Below are positions 63,618 to 64,000 of a stretch of 64,000 nt of DNA, in pieces (the stretch's first letter is position 1; every line of letters begins with the position of its first letter). The DNA comes from Trichormus sp. ATA11-4-KO1 (GTDB lineage Bacteria; Cyanobacteriota; Cyanobacteriia; Cyanobacteriales; Nostocaceae): positions 256,001 through 320,000 of the forward strand of contig JAHHIM010000073.1 of the NCBI GenBank assembly GCA_019358915.1, written 5' to 3'. The notes below the pieces were generated by a model. That model saw nothing but the letters and a program-made list of their open reading frames with translations. It did no database searches and was not told the origin of the DNA. The translations under genes and the position numbers were made by a program.

Positions 63618-63792
63618 TTGAATTCGATGAACCTCACCCCAACCCCTCTCCGACACGGAGAGGGGCAAAAATATCCCTGGTTTTGAACTAAAAATTAAGG
63701 TTTTAAAGCCTCTATGCCACTTGCTACAACGCAGTGGCTCCTCCATACGAGAGGTTTGGAGAGGGGTTTTTGATATTTGTCGAACTCACGTT
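63618..63792. mobile_element. MITE family B, copy 2 (left TIR eroded, internal replacement)
   Basis: Colinear with 20737-20891; ends TCGAACTCACGTT then AATTTA. Confidence 0.8.
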
Positions 63793-64000
63793 AATTTAGA
63801 GGCAAAGCTTTATTAGCTGCTTTTGAGAAACAGCTTTGGCTACTTAATTTGATGATTATATTTTGAATTAAACCACGAACAGCCTACATATATATAGGGC
63901 TGTTGTATGAAGATTTAGACATGAAACAGTGCTGGATTATGTAGATTTCCAGAATGTTAAAGTTATTATTTTTTCTTATAGAGGATGGCAGTAGTAGGTA

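Overview
64 kb of chromosomal DNA from a heterocyst-forming (Nostocales-type) cyanobacterium, judged from the many HIP1 octamers (GCGATCGC), STRR heptamer tandems and Nostoc-like proteins. The backbone is housekeeping: tldD-pmbA, sdhA, pheT, ureD-A-B-C, groES-EL with CIRCE, tRNA-Tyr/tRNA-Thr, ffh-rpsP-khpA-phoH, pepP, two M16 peptidases and metH. It is interspersed with small accessory genes (BrnT, PIN and MazF toxin-antitoxin pairs, Uma2, DUF29, GxxExxY, an ABC/AAA ATPase plus DUF4276 pair), at least eight gene remnants, three MITE families and nested short repeats. The most striking observation is a short dispersed repeat (about AACCGCNAAGGNCGC) that flanks a GxxExxY nuclease-family gene as a perfect 17-bp inverted repeat. 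Copies of it sit at the centre of strong, strand-specific G/T versus A/C third-codon-position skews that flip with repeat orientation, not gene orientation. Also notable: a yybP-ykoY Mn riboswitch ahead of a UPF0016 exporter, three near-identical 131-bp MITEs (one separating an SD from its start codon), a thrice-repeated TetR operator and a frameshifted PIN toxin. All family calls come from motif recognition by eye; no searches were run.
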